The position numbers were made by a program, and so were the translations under genes. DNA of 64,000 nucleotides, from the sequence record NC_019408.1; one strand, written 5' to 3'. Below, piece by piece: positions 34,766-43,364 of the stretch. The notes below the pieces were generated by a model. That model did not search any database. It was not told the DNA's origin and saw nothing but the letters and a program-made list of their open reading frames with translations. The stretch's first letter is position 1. Each line of letters opens with the position of its first letter.

Positions 34766-35397
34766 GCCGCCTTGCTCTCCACGTATTCGGCCAGCCGCGC
34801 GATCGTGTCCTGGGCCGAGGTGTGGTAGATCGCAAAGCCGCCCGCGTCGATCCAGGCGTTGCAGTTGGCCGTGCGGTCGTCGATCAGGATTTGGTGGTCC
34901 GAGTGCTTGCGGTGCATGAACAACTGCTTGCGCGAGGAGGTCGTGCAGATGAAGCGCTCGTCGGGGATGCGCCGGCGCGGGGTGACGTAACCATCGCGAT
35001 CGTTCATGCCATAGGGGACCTTGAAGACCTCCGCCAGCAGCGTCTCCTCGATCCAGCGGCGTTTGGCATAAGCCGCGCCCTGGAAGAACGGTGCCGTCAG
35101 GTAGTCGTCCTCGCTGGCGCCGAACTTCGGCGAGGCCGTCAGGATGATCGGTTCGGCCTCGGCGACGGCCTTGTAGAGATCGACGGCGCCCGGCATGAAC
35201 GGCAGGGTCTCGAAGAAGGTCGTACCCTTGATGACGTCGTACATGCCCTGCTTCCACAGGTTCGCCTCGTCGTCCATCGCGTGGCTCGACTGGTTGAACA
35301 GCGGATCGGGCTTGAAGCCCAGGCGGCGGATGCCCTCGTCGAAATCGGCGAGGACGCCGTCCATGTCGAGGTAGATGGCGTAGTTCTTCAGGTCCAT
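34762..35397 (-). CDS. HAD-superfamily 5'(3')-deoxyribonucleotidase-like
   Basis: IYLDMDGVLADF, FF..LP.MPGA, ILTA, K..WI, ILIDDR..N...W..AGG.AI.H. Confidence 0.82.
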   Translation of the reverse strand: MDLKNYAIYLDMDGVLADFDEGIRRLGFKPDPLFNQSSHAMDDEANLWKQGMYDVIKGTTFFETLPFMPGAVDLYKAVAEAEPIILTASPKFGASEDDYLTAPFFQGAAYAKRRWIEETLLAEVFKVPYGMNDRDGYVTPRRRIPDERFICTTSSRKQLFMHRKHSDHQILIDDRTANCNAWIDAGGFAIYHTSAQDTIARLAEYVESKAA

Positions 35398-35399
35398 GG

Positions 35400-35765
35400 T
35401 CAGTTACACTCCCGCAGTTCGCCCAGGCCGCCGATCTGGACGTCGCACTCTGCCAGGGCCTGCTCGCGCCGCTCGCACATGCCGATCAGGTCTTCGATGC
35501 AGTCGACCAGCATGCCCACCCCATCATAGAGGTCGATCTCCTGGTCCTCGGTCAGGGTCCCGCCCACCTCGGCGATGTTGCCGATGGCGCGGAACTTGGC
35601 CAGCTTGCCGCCCGGTTCCAGCAGCGCCTTGAACGCGGCGAGGTTGGGGCTGGGCACCTGGGCGCCGGCCGTGACGAAGCCCGACAGCCGCGAGGCCACC
35701 CGCGCCATAGCCTCGTCGCGCAGGTCCCCGACCGGGCCTTTGATGGTCATGTTGACGACTTCCAT
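35400..35765 (-). CDS. hypothetical protein
   Basis: GGAG SD. Confidence 0.6.
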   Translation of the reverse strand: MEVVNMTIKGPVGDLRDEAMARVASRLSGFVTAGAQVPSPNLAAFKALLEPGGKLAKFRAIGNIAEVGGTLTEDQEIDLYDGVGMLVDCIEDLIGMCERREQALAECDVQIGGLGELRECN

Positions 35766-35767
35766 GT

Positions 35768-35965
35768 CTACTCCGGAAATTGGGCGTGCAGGCTCATGGC
35801 GATGCGCGCCAGTTCATAGGCGGTCTTGGTTTCCAACTCAGCGGTCGGCGTGCGCGCGATCTTGAGTTGGTCGCTCATCATGTGGATGGCGTGGATGATG
35901 TCGCTCTTGCGCCGCTTCTCGTAGTAGCGGTGCGAGACGGTGGCGCGGACCTCGACGATCGCCAC
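35768..35965 (-). CDS. hypothetical protein
   Basis: GTG start, fills gap. Confidence 0.55.
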   Translation of the reverse strand: MAIVEVRATVSHRYYEKRRKSDIIHAIHMMSDQLKIARTPTAELETKTAYELARIAMSLHAQFPE

Positions 35966-36352
35966 CTAGTCCCCCAGGCCCTGCATGGCGTTGTCGCGGC
36001 TGTCCTCGGCGTCGGGCCGCACCGCCAGTTCCGCCAAGAGGTCGACGTCGAGGTGGCGGTTGTAGATCGCCGCGCCCCGGTACTTGAAGAGTTCGCTGGC
36101 CTCATGCAGTAGAGCCCGCTCCACCGCCGCCCAGGCCGTCTGCACGATCTCGGTGTCGGTGGCGTAGTAGGAGAGCTTCCACTTGCGGCCCTTCCAGGCC
36201 TCGGGCTCGCCCGTGACGGTGTTGACGCCGTCCTTGCACGAGACCTGGAGCCAGACTTCCGCATGGCTCGTGTTCAGCAGGAACTCAAAGCCCGGATAGC
36301 TGATCTTGGCGACGACGTCGCGGATCGACTGAGGGGTGCGCATGTTCGCCAT
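35966..36352 (-). CDS. conserved phage hypothetical protein
   Basis: GRKWKLS..ATDTEIVQTAW.A...HEA.E.FKY.G..I...H pattern. Confidence 0.7.
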   Translation of the reverse strand: MANMRTPQSIRDVVAKISYPGFEFLLNTSHAEVWLQVSCKDGVNTVTGEPEAWKGRKWKLSYYATDTEIVQTAWAAVERALLHEASELFKYRGAAIYNRHLDVDLLAELAVRPDAEDSRDNAMQGLGD

Positions 36353-36816
36353 CAGGGCCTCGACTTGATCAGCTTCTTCTTCTTGCGGCGCGGCGAGGAG
36401 AAGCGCAGAGGGTTGATCATCATGTCCGTGTACACGGCTTCCGGCGGCGGGTCGGGGAGGTCGACCGGGCGCTCCAGGCTGAAGCCGTCCAAGTCGAGGT
36501 CGTAGATCGACAGGCGCTCGCTGTAGCCATAGCGGTTGTTGGCGAAGGTGATCCCGACATCGCCCATCGACGAGACCATGATCACCCGGCAGGCCTTGCC
36601 GCCCTTGCGGCCGTAGAGGGCCGGCATGAAGCCCGCCTCCTCGATCGCCAGGGTCTCGGTGGCGTTGCCGGCGTTGAGCGCCAGGAAGCCCCGGACGATG
36701 GCCGGCAGCTTGTAGTCGCAGATCGCCCGGCTGTTGCTGGCCTCGTAGGGCATGCCGATCTTGCCTTCGATCACCGCGCCCAGGATTTCGGCGTCCGACA
36801 TCGTCTCAGCGGTCAT
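36352..36816 (-). CDS. hypothetical protein
   Basis: AGGA SD. Confidence 0.6.
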   Translation of the reverse strand: MTAETMSDAEILGAVIEGKIGMPYEASNSRAICDYKLPAIVRGFLALNAGNATETLAIEEAGFMPALYGRKGGKACRVIMVSSMGDVGITFANNRYGYSERLSIYDLDLDGFSLERPVDLPDPPPEAVYTDMMINPLRFSSPRRKKKKLIKSRP

Positions 36817-37063
36817 AGGTGATCCTGTAGGGCAGGCCGCCGACGCAAATCTTGCCCCGGAGCCCGCTGGCGGTGGTGAAGGAAAAGCCCTGGCGACCTT
36901 TGGTCCCGGCGCAGCCGAACCAGCGGCGATGGAAGCTGACGATCTGCGAGCCGGTGTCACGCTCGACAAGCCGCCGGGCGTGGTTGCCTTCCCAGCCGAG
37001 CGCCATCATCCCGATCGTCAGGAAGAAAACGCCCAGCGCGAACGTAGCCCAGACGGACCTCAC
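36806..37063 (-). CDS. membrane-anchored hypothetical protein
   Basis: N-terminal hydrophobic helix; two Cys. Confidence 0.55.
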   Translation of the reverse strand: MRSVWATFALGVFFLTIGMMALGWEGNHARRLVERDTGSQIVSFHRRWFGCAGTKGRQGFSFTTASGLRGKICVGGLPYRITYDR

Positions 37064-37440
37064 GCGGCGACGAACCCGGCGATCACGTCGGCGACGACGC
37101 GGCGCTTCTCGACCGGCATGCTGGCCAGGGCCAGGATCGTGCCGGCGCCGATCTGGGCGACGGCGCTTTCCAGGTCGGCGCGACCGTCGGTCATGAAGGT
37201 CGGATCATCGACCGGCGGGTAGAAGCTCTCGATCGGCTGCTTGAGGAAGCGCGCGGCGTCGTAGAGCTTCGAGGACGAGATGCGGTTGTCGCCGCGCTCG
37301 TACTTCTGGACCTGCTGGAACGTGATGCCCAGGGCGTTGGCCAGATCGCCTTGCGAATAGCCGGCGGCCTTGCGGGTGTTGCGCAGCTTCTGACCGACGT
37401 ACTTGTCGACCGGGTGCGGGGTCTTGTCTTCGTCAGCCAT
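37060..37440 (-). CDS. XRE-family HTH regulator, alphaproteobacterial type
   Basis: HPVD.YVG..LR..R...G.SQ..LA..LGITFQQVQKYERG.NRIS.SKL. Confidence 0.9.
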   Translation of the reverse strand: MADEDKTPHPVDKYVGQKLRNTRKAAGYSQGDLANALGITFQQVQKYERGDNRISSSKLYDAARFLKQPIESFYPPVDDPTFMTDGRADLESAVAQIGAGTILALASMPVEKRRVVADVIAGFVAA

Positions 37441-38416
37441 TGGCGGCTTCCTCCTTCTTTTGTTGGCGGGCCTTGCGGCGGTGCGTGTAGGTCGCGCGCA
37501 GGGCCTGGGTGGTGTCGTCGTGCGCGCCCAGGTCAATCCCATCGGGCGCGACGACGCTGTTCTTCAGGCCGAACCGATAGCCCTCGGCCTCCAGTTCGTA
37601 GAGCGCCTGCTCTTCGTGCATCTGGGCGAGGTGGCGGTAGTATTCCGCCAGGGCCAGTTCGTAGTCGCCCAGGAAGAGCCGCGCATTGCGCTCGGTCCCG
37701 GCGACCTCGGCGCGGAAGGTGAGCAGGAACCGACCAGGGCCGACATGCGTCAGCTTGTAGCCGGTCTCGGCCAGGACCTCCTCGACGGTCTTGACGACCT
37801 CGTAGATGTGGAAGGTCCACACCGACTCGATGTGGGTGTCGTGGTAGAGGTACTCGTGCTCGGGCTTCTGCTCGCCGATATAGGGACCCCACTTGTGGTA
37901 GCGCCAGCCGCCGCGATCGGGCTGGTGCTCGCGGCGCACCTCGACCATCGAGATGAAGTAGTTGGTGTCCGGATCGTCGATCAGGTCCGGGATCAGCGCC
38001 AGCAGTTGCTCGGGGCCGTCACAGACGCCGTAGCTGTCGATGGGTTCGGCGATGCGCTTGTAGCCCTCGGCCACCGGCGGCAGGTCCTCGTTGTCCAGGT
38101 CGCCGACGACCTCGATCTTGTACTTGTCGTGCAGGAGCTTGATGCGCGCCTCGCGGCGCTCGCCATCGGCCTTGATCCAGGCGCGAAACGCAGCGGTGCG
38201 CTCCTCCTCGGTCTGGCCGGCCTTGTACTCAGGCCCCCAGCGGCCCCACTTGTCCTCGATCTTCTCGACGATCTCGTACTCGGGGTTCCAGGAGCCCAGC
38301 GCGAAGACGCCCTGGGCCAGCCGCTTGGGAAAGCCCGAGCGCTTGTTGCTCTCGGCGATCATGCGGGCGATGGGATCGACGGCCGAGGCCGGGCGCGGGG
38401 TGATGTCGTAGAGCAT
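37433..38416 (-). CDS. conserved phage hypothetical protein
   Basis: YGVCD...QL; GGWRYHKWGPYIG...EYLY pattern. Confidence 0.7.
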   Translation of the reverse strand: MLYDITPRPASAVDPIARMIAESNKRSGFPKRLAQGVFALGSWNPEYEIVEKIEDKWGRWGPEYKAGQTEEERTAAFRAWIKADGERREARIKLLHDKYKIEVVGDLDNEDLPPVAEGYKRIAEPIDSYGVCDGPEQLLALIPDLIDDPDTNYFISMVEVRREHQPDRGGWRYHKWGPYIGEQKPEHEYLYHDTHIESVWTFHIYEVVKTVEEVLAETGYKLTHVGPGRFLLTFRAEVAGTERNARLFLGDYELALAEYYRHLAQMHEEQALYELEAEGYRFGLKNSVVAPDGIDLGAHDDTTQALRATYTHRRKARQQKKEEAANG

Positions 38417-38715
38417 CAGGCGGCGCCCTGGGCGATTTCGTAGACGATCTTGGAGATGCCGCCCAGGTCCACGGTGAAGCGGTCCTCCGAGCCGTCGAAG
38501 ATGTACTTCCCGACGCAGCCGATCGGCAGCATCTTGCCGTTGTCCAGGTAGATGGCGTGCGGGGTGGCCTCGACCACGCCCCGGATCGCGCCCTGCTCCT
38601 CGGTCGGCGCCATGTCGACGAAGGTGTCCTTCGCGCCCTTGATGCGGACCACCGCCACGCGCAGACGCGCGCCGGGCTGGTTGAGCTTGGTGATCAGGTC
38701 TTGAACGGTCTGCAC
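38416..38715 (-). CDS. hypothetical protein
   Basis: GTG after GAGGAG in repeated leader. Confidence 0.7.
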   Translation of the reverse strand: MQTVQDLITKLNQPGARLRVAVVRIKGAKDTFVDMAPTEEQGAIRGVVEATPHAIYLDNGKMLPIGCVGKYIFDGSEDRFTVDLGGISKIVYEIAQGAA

Positions 38716-38719
38716 GGGA

Positions 38720-38788
38720 ACTCCTCTATGTCGTCGTCTCGACCCTTCTAGGTGGAGGTTACCGTTCTGTCAACACACAACCGCCAAC
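38720..38788 (-). promoter_or_regulatory. repeated phage promoter, variant 16-bp element
   Basis: GTTGGCGGTTGTGTGTTGACA, N17, TAGAAG, CGACGACA. Confidence 0.8.
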
Positions 38789-38793
38789 GAGGC

Positions 38794-38826
38794 AAAAAGA
38801 AACCGCCGACCCGAAGGCCGGCGGTT
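38794..38826 (-). terminator. intrinsic terminator
   Basis: AACCGCCGGCC-TTCG-GGTCGGCGGTT followed by TCTTTTT. Confidence 0.85.
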
Positions 38827-38846
38827 GGGAGGTGTGGGCTCGGGAA

Positions 38847-40709
38847 CTAGACGTCGAGGATGAAGAAGCGCTCGCTGGACGCCGGACCTTGGACCTCGAC
38901 GATGAAGCCCGACTCCAGCAGCGCCTCGATCGCCTTGCCGGTGTGGTAGAGCGACAGGTCGGACGCTTCGCTGATCCGGGTCAGCGAGAAGCCGACGTTC
39001 TGACCAACCTTGAGGTCTTGCAGCGACAGTTCGTTCAGGGTGGTGATCACCACGCCGGCCGGGGCCAGTTCATAGGCGCCCTCGAAGTCGCGGTCTTCCG
39101 ACAGACGCACGAGGCCTTCCTGCTCGATGTTGTCGAGCAGCGAGGCCAGGAACTCGGGATCGACGAAGCCGACGTGGCTGCGGATTTCGCTCAAGTAGGC
39201 CGGGCCGTCGACGTCGACGGCGTTGAGGACCGCCAGCAGGGCGATGCCCGGCATGACCGCCACGACCTGCTCGGCCTTCTCCTCCTCGGAGAGGTCGGTC
39301 GGCACGCCCCTGCCGTTCGACAGAGGCACGATGGCTTCGTCCGGATGCAGGAGGATAAAGTCCTTGATCGCCCGCAGCGCCGCCAGGAAATGGTCCTTGG
39401 GGATTTCGTCGAGCTTGAAGGTGATGCGATCGTCGATGCCCATGGGATAGATCGCCCGCAGATTGGCGACGATGTCCTCGGGCCACGCGGCGAGCACCGT
39501 GTCCCAGAGAACCTTGGGCATCTGGAAGGCCCCGAAAGACAGGAACTGGTCGGGGGTGGCGGCTTCGACCGCCGCGATGGACTCGTCGATGCTGGCGGGC
39601 GTGTAGCCGCCCACGACGCCGTTTTGCGTCGCGTGGAGCACCTCGGCGGCTTCCTCGGCGCTCAGCCCCGTGATGACCTTCTCCACCCCCTCCTCGGGCT
39701 CCTGGAGCGGCTCCAGGGTCTTGAGGCGATCGCTCAGGCCCTGGATCGACTCGTAGGCGTCGGCCGTGTCCACGGTGAGCTTCAGGGTCAGGCGCTCGGG
39801 GCGGGCGCTGAACTCCTCGCCCGTGATGGTGTAGACGCCCTCGCGCTCCAGGATTTCCAGGTTCAGGAAGCGGCCGGACTGGTTGAGCGTCATGAAGCGC
39901 TCGAAGAGCGTGCTTTCGACGTACTCCTGGTTGAAGATGCCCTTGTCGAGCGCGAACAGCAGTTCGCTGCTGGAGAGGGTCTGCTCGCCCATGCCGGAGA
40001 CCTCCTCGGGCTGGTCCTTCGTGAACCTCAGGCCCGGCCCGGTGGTCTCGGTTTCTTGAGGGATGATGGGGTCTTCGATCACGGGGGCTTTCTCCTTGAA
40101 AACGATGGAGGTCAGTTCGCTCAGCGAGACCGACCAGTTGGTGTCGACCTGGGCGGCGTAGCGGCCCGACATGGGGTTCCATGCGACCTTGCCGATCTCG
40201 CCGCTGACCATCTTGTCCTCCCATGCCGAGCGGAACATCACGTCGGCGCCGCCGAAGTAGTCCGTCAGGTGGCCTGCGAAGGTCTCGATGTCCTCGCGGG
40301 ACGCCGGGCGAACCTCGCGCAGCGGGTAGGAGTGATGGACGCCGGGGCGCGCGTCCTCGATCTCGACGAAGATCGGGCCGTGGTCGGTGTGGAAGCGCTC
40401 GGTGTAGCCGATCATCTCGCCTTGCGGGGTCATGACCATCACCGGCAGGGCCGAGAACTTGTGGTTCAGGCGGTCCACGTAGTCACTGGGATAGGCGGTG
40501 GTGGTGTAGATGAGGTTGTCGCCCCGGCGCACGCCGCTGTAGTCGACGACGCAGAGCGGCGTGGCCACCGCACCGCTCGGGAAGCGCGGCCGATCAACGA
40601 ACACTTGCCCGTCCGCCACCGGCGGGGAGACGCCGTGAACGTAGGGGACCACCTCGCTGTAGGTGGCGATCCAGGCGGGCTTGACCCGGTCAAGGAAGGT
40701 TTCGGTCAA
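38847..40709 (-). CDS. large acidic multidomain protein with C-terminal winged-helix-like modules
   Basis: TTG start after AGGGG; LLDNIEQEGLV..YEL.PAG and IEALLESGFIV segments. Confidence 0.7.
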   Translation of the reverse strand: MTETFLDRVKPAWIATYSEVVPYVHGVSPPVADGQVFVDRPRFPSGAVATPLCVVDYSGVRRGDNLIYTTTAYPSDYVDRLNHKFSALPVMVMTPQGEMIGYTERFHTDHGPIFVEIEDARPGVHHSYPLREVRPASREDIETFAGHLTDYFGGADVMFRSAWEDKMVSGEIGKVAWNPMSGRYAAQVDTNWSVSLSELTSIVFKEKAPVIEDPIIPQETETTGPGLRFTKDQPEEVSGMGEQTLSSSELLFALDKGIFNQEYVESTLFERFMTLNQSGRFLNLEILEREGVYTITGEEFSARPERLTLKLTVDTADAYESIQGLSDRLKTLEPLQEPEEGVEKVITGLSAEEAAEVLHATQNGVVGGYTPASIDESIAAVEAATPDQFLSFGAFQMPKVLWDTVLAAWPEDIVANLRAIYPMGIDDRITFKLDEIPKDHFLAALRAIKDFILLHPDEAIVPLSNGRGVPTDLSEEEKAEQVVAVMPGIALLAVLNAVDVDGPAYLSEIRSHVGFVDPEFLASLLDNIEQEGLVRLSEDRDFEGAYELAPAGVVITTLNELSLQDLKVGQNVGFSLTRISEASDLSLYHTGKAIEALLESGFIVEVQGPASSERFFILDV

Positions 40710-40718
40710 GGCGGTCCC

Positions 40719-41183
40719 CTATTCGTTTGGAATGACGGACGCCGGGGCGTCCAGGTCGAAATTCTCGCCCTCATCGGTGAGGGCGAAGGTGGCGTAGCCG
40801 TCAGGGCTCTTGACCATGGTCAGCAGCTTGATCAGGCCGTGCTTCTCCAGCGCCTGGGCGGCGGGATAGTCGGCGTGCTTGTAGAAGACGTTGAGTTGCC
40901 CGCCTAGGCCCAGGATGCGCACGCTGCGCAGCAGCATGGCCTCCTGCTCGCTCAGCCCCAGCGCGCCCTTGACCCGCACGCGGGCGAGATGGACGTCGAT
41001 CACGTGCGTCTGGCCCTGATGCTCGAACTCGATGATCGCCAGCGGGCCGAACGATCCGTTGGTCACCGCCAGGATGACGCCCTCGAACTCGGTCGTTTTC
41101 CGCGCCGTGATGGGCACATAGTAGTCGAAGAAGACCGTCTTGCCCTTCATCACGTGGTGGGCCTGGGGCGCAACCGTGCTCAT
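40719..41183 (-). CDS. hypothetical protein
   Basis: ATGA overlap. Confidence 0.65.
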   Translation of the reverse strand: MSTVAPQAHHVMKGKTVFFDYYVPITARKTTEFEGVILAVTNGSFGPLAIIEFEHQGQTHVIDVHLARVRVKGALGLSEQEAMLLRSVRILGLGGQLNVFYKHADYPAAQALEKHGLIKLLTMVKSPDGYATFALTDEGENFDLDAPASVIPNE

Positions 41184-41431
41184 GCCGTGGGGTCCTTCTT
41201 GCGGGCGGTGTAGTGGAACTCGTCGTGCATGCGCCCGTCCAGGGTGACCTTGTAGCCGGGACCCAGTTCAGCCAGGATGCGCGCCTCGATCTCGGAGAAG
41301 TCGATGTTGGCCATTGCGCGCTCGGCCGCCGCCGCCTGCTCCAGGAAGCTGCTCCTGATCTTGGCGCCGGCCTCGGTGCGGATCGGGATGTTCTGGATGG
41401 GCGGCTCGGACTTGGACAGACGCTCGCTCAT
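41180..41431 (-). CDS. 83-aa protein with fused family-A DNA polymerase motif A and motif C look-alikes
   Basis: IDFSEIEARILA and MHDEF separated by about 11 residues; ATG overlaps gcrA stop; GAGGG SD. Confidence 0.6.
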   Translation of the reverse strand: MSERLSKSEPPIQNIPIRTEAGAKIRSSFLEQAAAAERAMANIDFSEIEARILAELGPGYKVTLDGRMHDEFHYTARKKDPTA

Positions 41432-41979
41432 CAGGCCCTCTTGATCTTGCCGACGTGCGAGGGGCGCGTGGCGGCCTTGTAGACGAACGGGCGATAGGCC
41501 ACGCGGTGGTGCTCGATGCAGTAGACGCCCTGCTCGGTGCGGCACCCGCAATGGCCGAAGTTCTGGTCGGTCGGATCGCCGTAGGGCCAGCGGCACATGC
41601 CGCGCGTCAGCTTCAGCGTCGGGACCACGGTCTCGGGGCGCACCGGGATCGGCGCCTGACCCTCGGGGACCAGTTCGATCTTCGGCTTCGACGGCTTCTC
41701 GGCCTTGGGCTTGGTGACCTTCTTGGGCTTGGCGACCTTGACCTTCTTGATCTGGATGCCGTAGCCGCGCGTCTTCTTGCGGCGCTCCTGGAGCGGCAGG
41801 ACCTTCTCGCCCAGTTCGCCCTTCTGGCGCAGGCGATCGCCCATGCCGCAGACGGCGCTCTTGCTGCGCGGCTCGCTCAGCATTTCCCCGATCTGCTTGG
41901 TCCCGACAGGCTCTGCCCAGAGCTTCTTCAGCAGGGCGATGTCCTCGGCCAGCCAATCCGACTTACGCTTCTTCACCAC
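41431..41979 (-). CDS. gcrA: GcrA-like cell-cycle regulator / sigma70 cofactor
   Basis: W..E.IALLKKLW.E....QI...L..SKSAVCG...RL; L.LT..MCRWP.GDP....F..CG......YC..H..VAY.P. Confidence 0.88.
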   Translation of the reverse strand: MVKKRKSDWLAEDIALLKKLWAEPVGTKQIGEMLSEPRSKSAVCGMGDRLRQKGELGEKVLPLQERRKKTRGYGIQIKKVKVAKPKKVTKPKAEKPSKPKIELVPEGQAPIPVRPETVVPTLKLTRGMCRWPYGDPTDQNFGHCGCRTEQGVYCIEHHRVAYRPFVYKAATRPSHVGKIKRA

Positions 41980-41987
41980 CTTGTACG

Positions 41988-42173
41988 CTACTCCTGTTCT
42001 GCTTTGGCGGGACGCCGGCTTCTGGACTGACGCGGGACGAACACCAGGGCGACGGTCGAGCCGCCGGTGTACTTGGTGCGGCGGCTATAGAGCCAACCGC
42101 CCTCGATTTCCAGGCGCTCGGTCACCTGACCATCGCCCTCGTCGATCTTTTCCCATTTCGTCTTCTTGGCCAT
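41988..42173 (-). CDS. small hypothetical protein (GGWLY...FVP)
   Basis: GAGGAG SD; first gene of leftward unit. Confidence 0.7.
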   Translation of the reverse strand: MAKKTKWEKIDEGDGQVTERLEIEGGWLYSRRTKYTGGSTVALVFVPRQSRSRRPAKAEQE

Positions 42174-42196
42174 GACGCTCCTCGATTTTCGCCGGC

Positions 42197-42225
42197 ACCC
42201 TAGAGGAGCGCCGATGTGTTGACAA
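42197..42225 (-). promoter_or_regulatory. leftward promoter of divergent pair
   Basis: TTGTCA 42225-42220, N17, TAGGGT 42202-42197. Confidence 0.6.
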
Positions 42226-42242
42226 GCGCCAAATGGCTCTGG

Positions 42243-42306
42243 CTGGCGAGTGTTGACAAGGCGGCGGTGGTCCCTTAGAAGGGCGGCGACGACAACGAAA
42301 GGAGGC
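42243..42306 (+). promoter_or_regulatory. rightward repeated phage promoter
   Basis: CTGGCGAGTGTTGACA, N17, TAGAAG, CGACGACAAC-GAAAGGAGG. Confidence 0.85.
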
Positions 42307-42310
42307 GCTG

Positions 42311-42610
42311 ATGCGCTACGTTCTGGAGTACATGGACTGCGACGACCAGATCGTCCAGGTCGACTTCGAAGCCCCCACCCGCGCCTCGGCGATCGCCAAG
42401 GCCAAGCGCCTCTTCGTGAAGGCGGTCGAGGCCAGCGGCCGGTCGATCTTCACCGGCTACATGTTCGAGGACCACTCGATCACCATGAAGGTGAAGCTGG
42501 TCCCGTTCGGCACCCTGAGCCGCTACCTGGGCCTGGGCAAGGTCACCGCCGCCAACATCTCGTTCGACGACCGCGACGCCAAGATCGCCCGCCAGGACAT
42601 GGCCGCATGA
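42311..42610 (+). CDS. hypothetical protein
   Basis: AGGAGG SD. Confidence 0.75.
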   Translation: MRYVLEYMDCDDQIVQVDFEAPTRASAIAKAKRLFVKAVEASGRSIFTGYMFEDHSITMKVKLVPFGTLSRYLGLGKVTAANISFDDRDAKIARQDMAA

Positions 42611-42819
42611 TCCGGATCGAGGACGTTCAGCCCGGCTTCATCTATCGCGGGGGCAAGAGCGGCGCGCTGCGCCAAGTGGTCAGCTACGGCGCCAATGAGA
42701 GCTTCGTCTGCTGGGCCAACCCGCACGATCGCCTGCCCTATGGCGGCTTCCTGAACACCACCTGCACCAGCCGGGCGTCGTTCGCTCGCTGGGCCGACAA
42801 GATCGAGGAAGAGGTTTGA
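42607..42819 (+). CDS. hypothetical protein
   Basis: ATGA overlap. Confidence 0.6.
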   Translation: MIRIEDVQPGFIYRGGKSGALRQVVSYGANESFVCWANPHDRLPYGGFLNTTCTSRASFARWADKIEEEV

Positions 42820-43100
42820 TCACCACCTTCCTGCGCTGCACCCATCGCGACGAGGCCGGCCGCCGTTACCTGGAGTTCCGCGAGCCCGGCCTCGTCCAGC
42901 GCCTCTATGTCCGCAAGCCGCAGACCGAATGGGAAGAAGGCTTCCCGATCATCCTGGAGGATTTCTACAACGGCTCCTCCGGCGGCAAGACCCTTTTCCG
43001 CGCCGGCAAGACCCAGGGCCTGGGGATCAGCGCGTTCTTCCGCGCCTACCCCGAGGTCTTCACCCTGATCGTTCTGCCCCAGGAGCTTCTCGATGCGTAG
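42816..43100 (+). CDS. hypothetical protein
   Basis: TTGA overlap. Confidence 0.6.
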   Translation: MITTFLRCTHRDEAGRRYLEFREPGLVQRLYVRKPQTEWEEGFPIILEDFYNGSSGGKTLFRAGKTQGLGISAFFRAYPEVFTLIVLPQELLDA

Positions 43101-43356
43101 GAAGAAACGCCCGGACCTGCCCGTCACCGTCGCCGACCTCAAGGCGTTCCTGGACAAGTTCCCGGACGACATGAAGGTCGGCATCCGCAGCGGCGGTGGT
43201 CGCTTCACCGGCTTCACTGAGGTCGAGGTGTACAACCTCACCACCTATGGCTCGGCGAGCGATCGCCTGACCATGGAGACCTCGCGCGGGGCCACCATCT
43301 TCAAAGGCTACAAGGGCAAGATTTCCGCGCCCTTCGACGCCCTCATTTTCGACTAG
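43093..43356 (+). CDS. hypothetical protein
   Basis: AGGAG SD; TVADL..FL..FPDDM.V pattern. Confidence 0.65.
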   Translation: MRRKKRPDLPVTVADLKAFLDKFPDDMKVGIRSGGGRFTGFTEVEVYNLTTYGSASDRLTMETSRGATIFKGYKGKISAPFDALIFD

Positions 43357-43364
43357 GAGGGACC

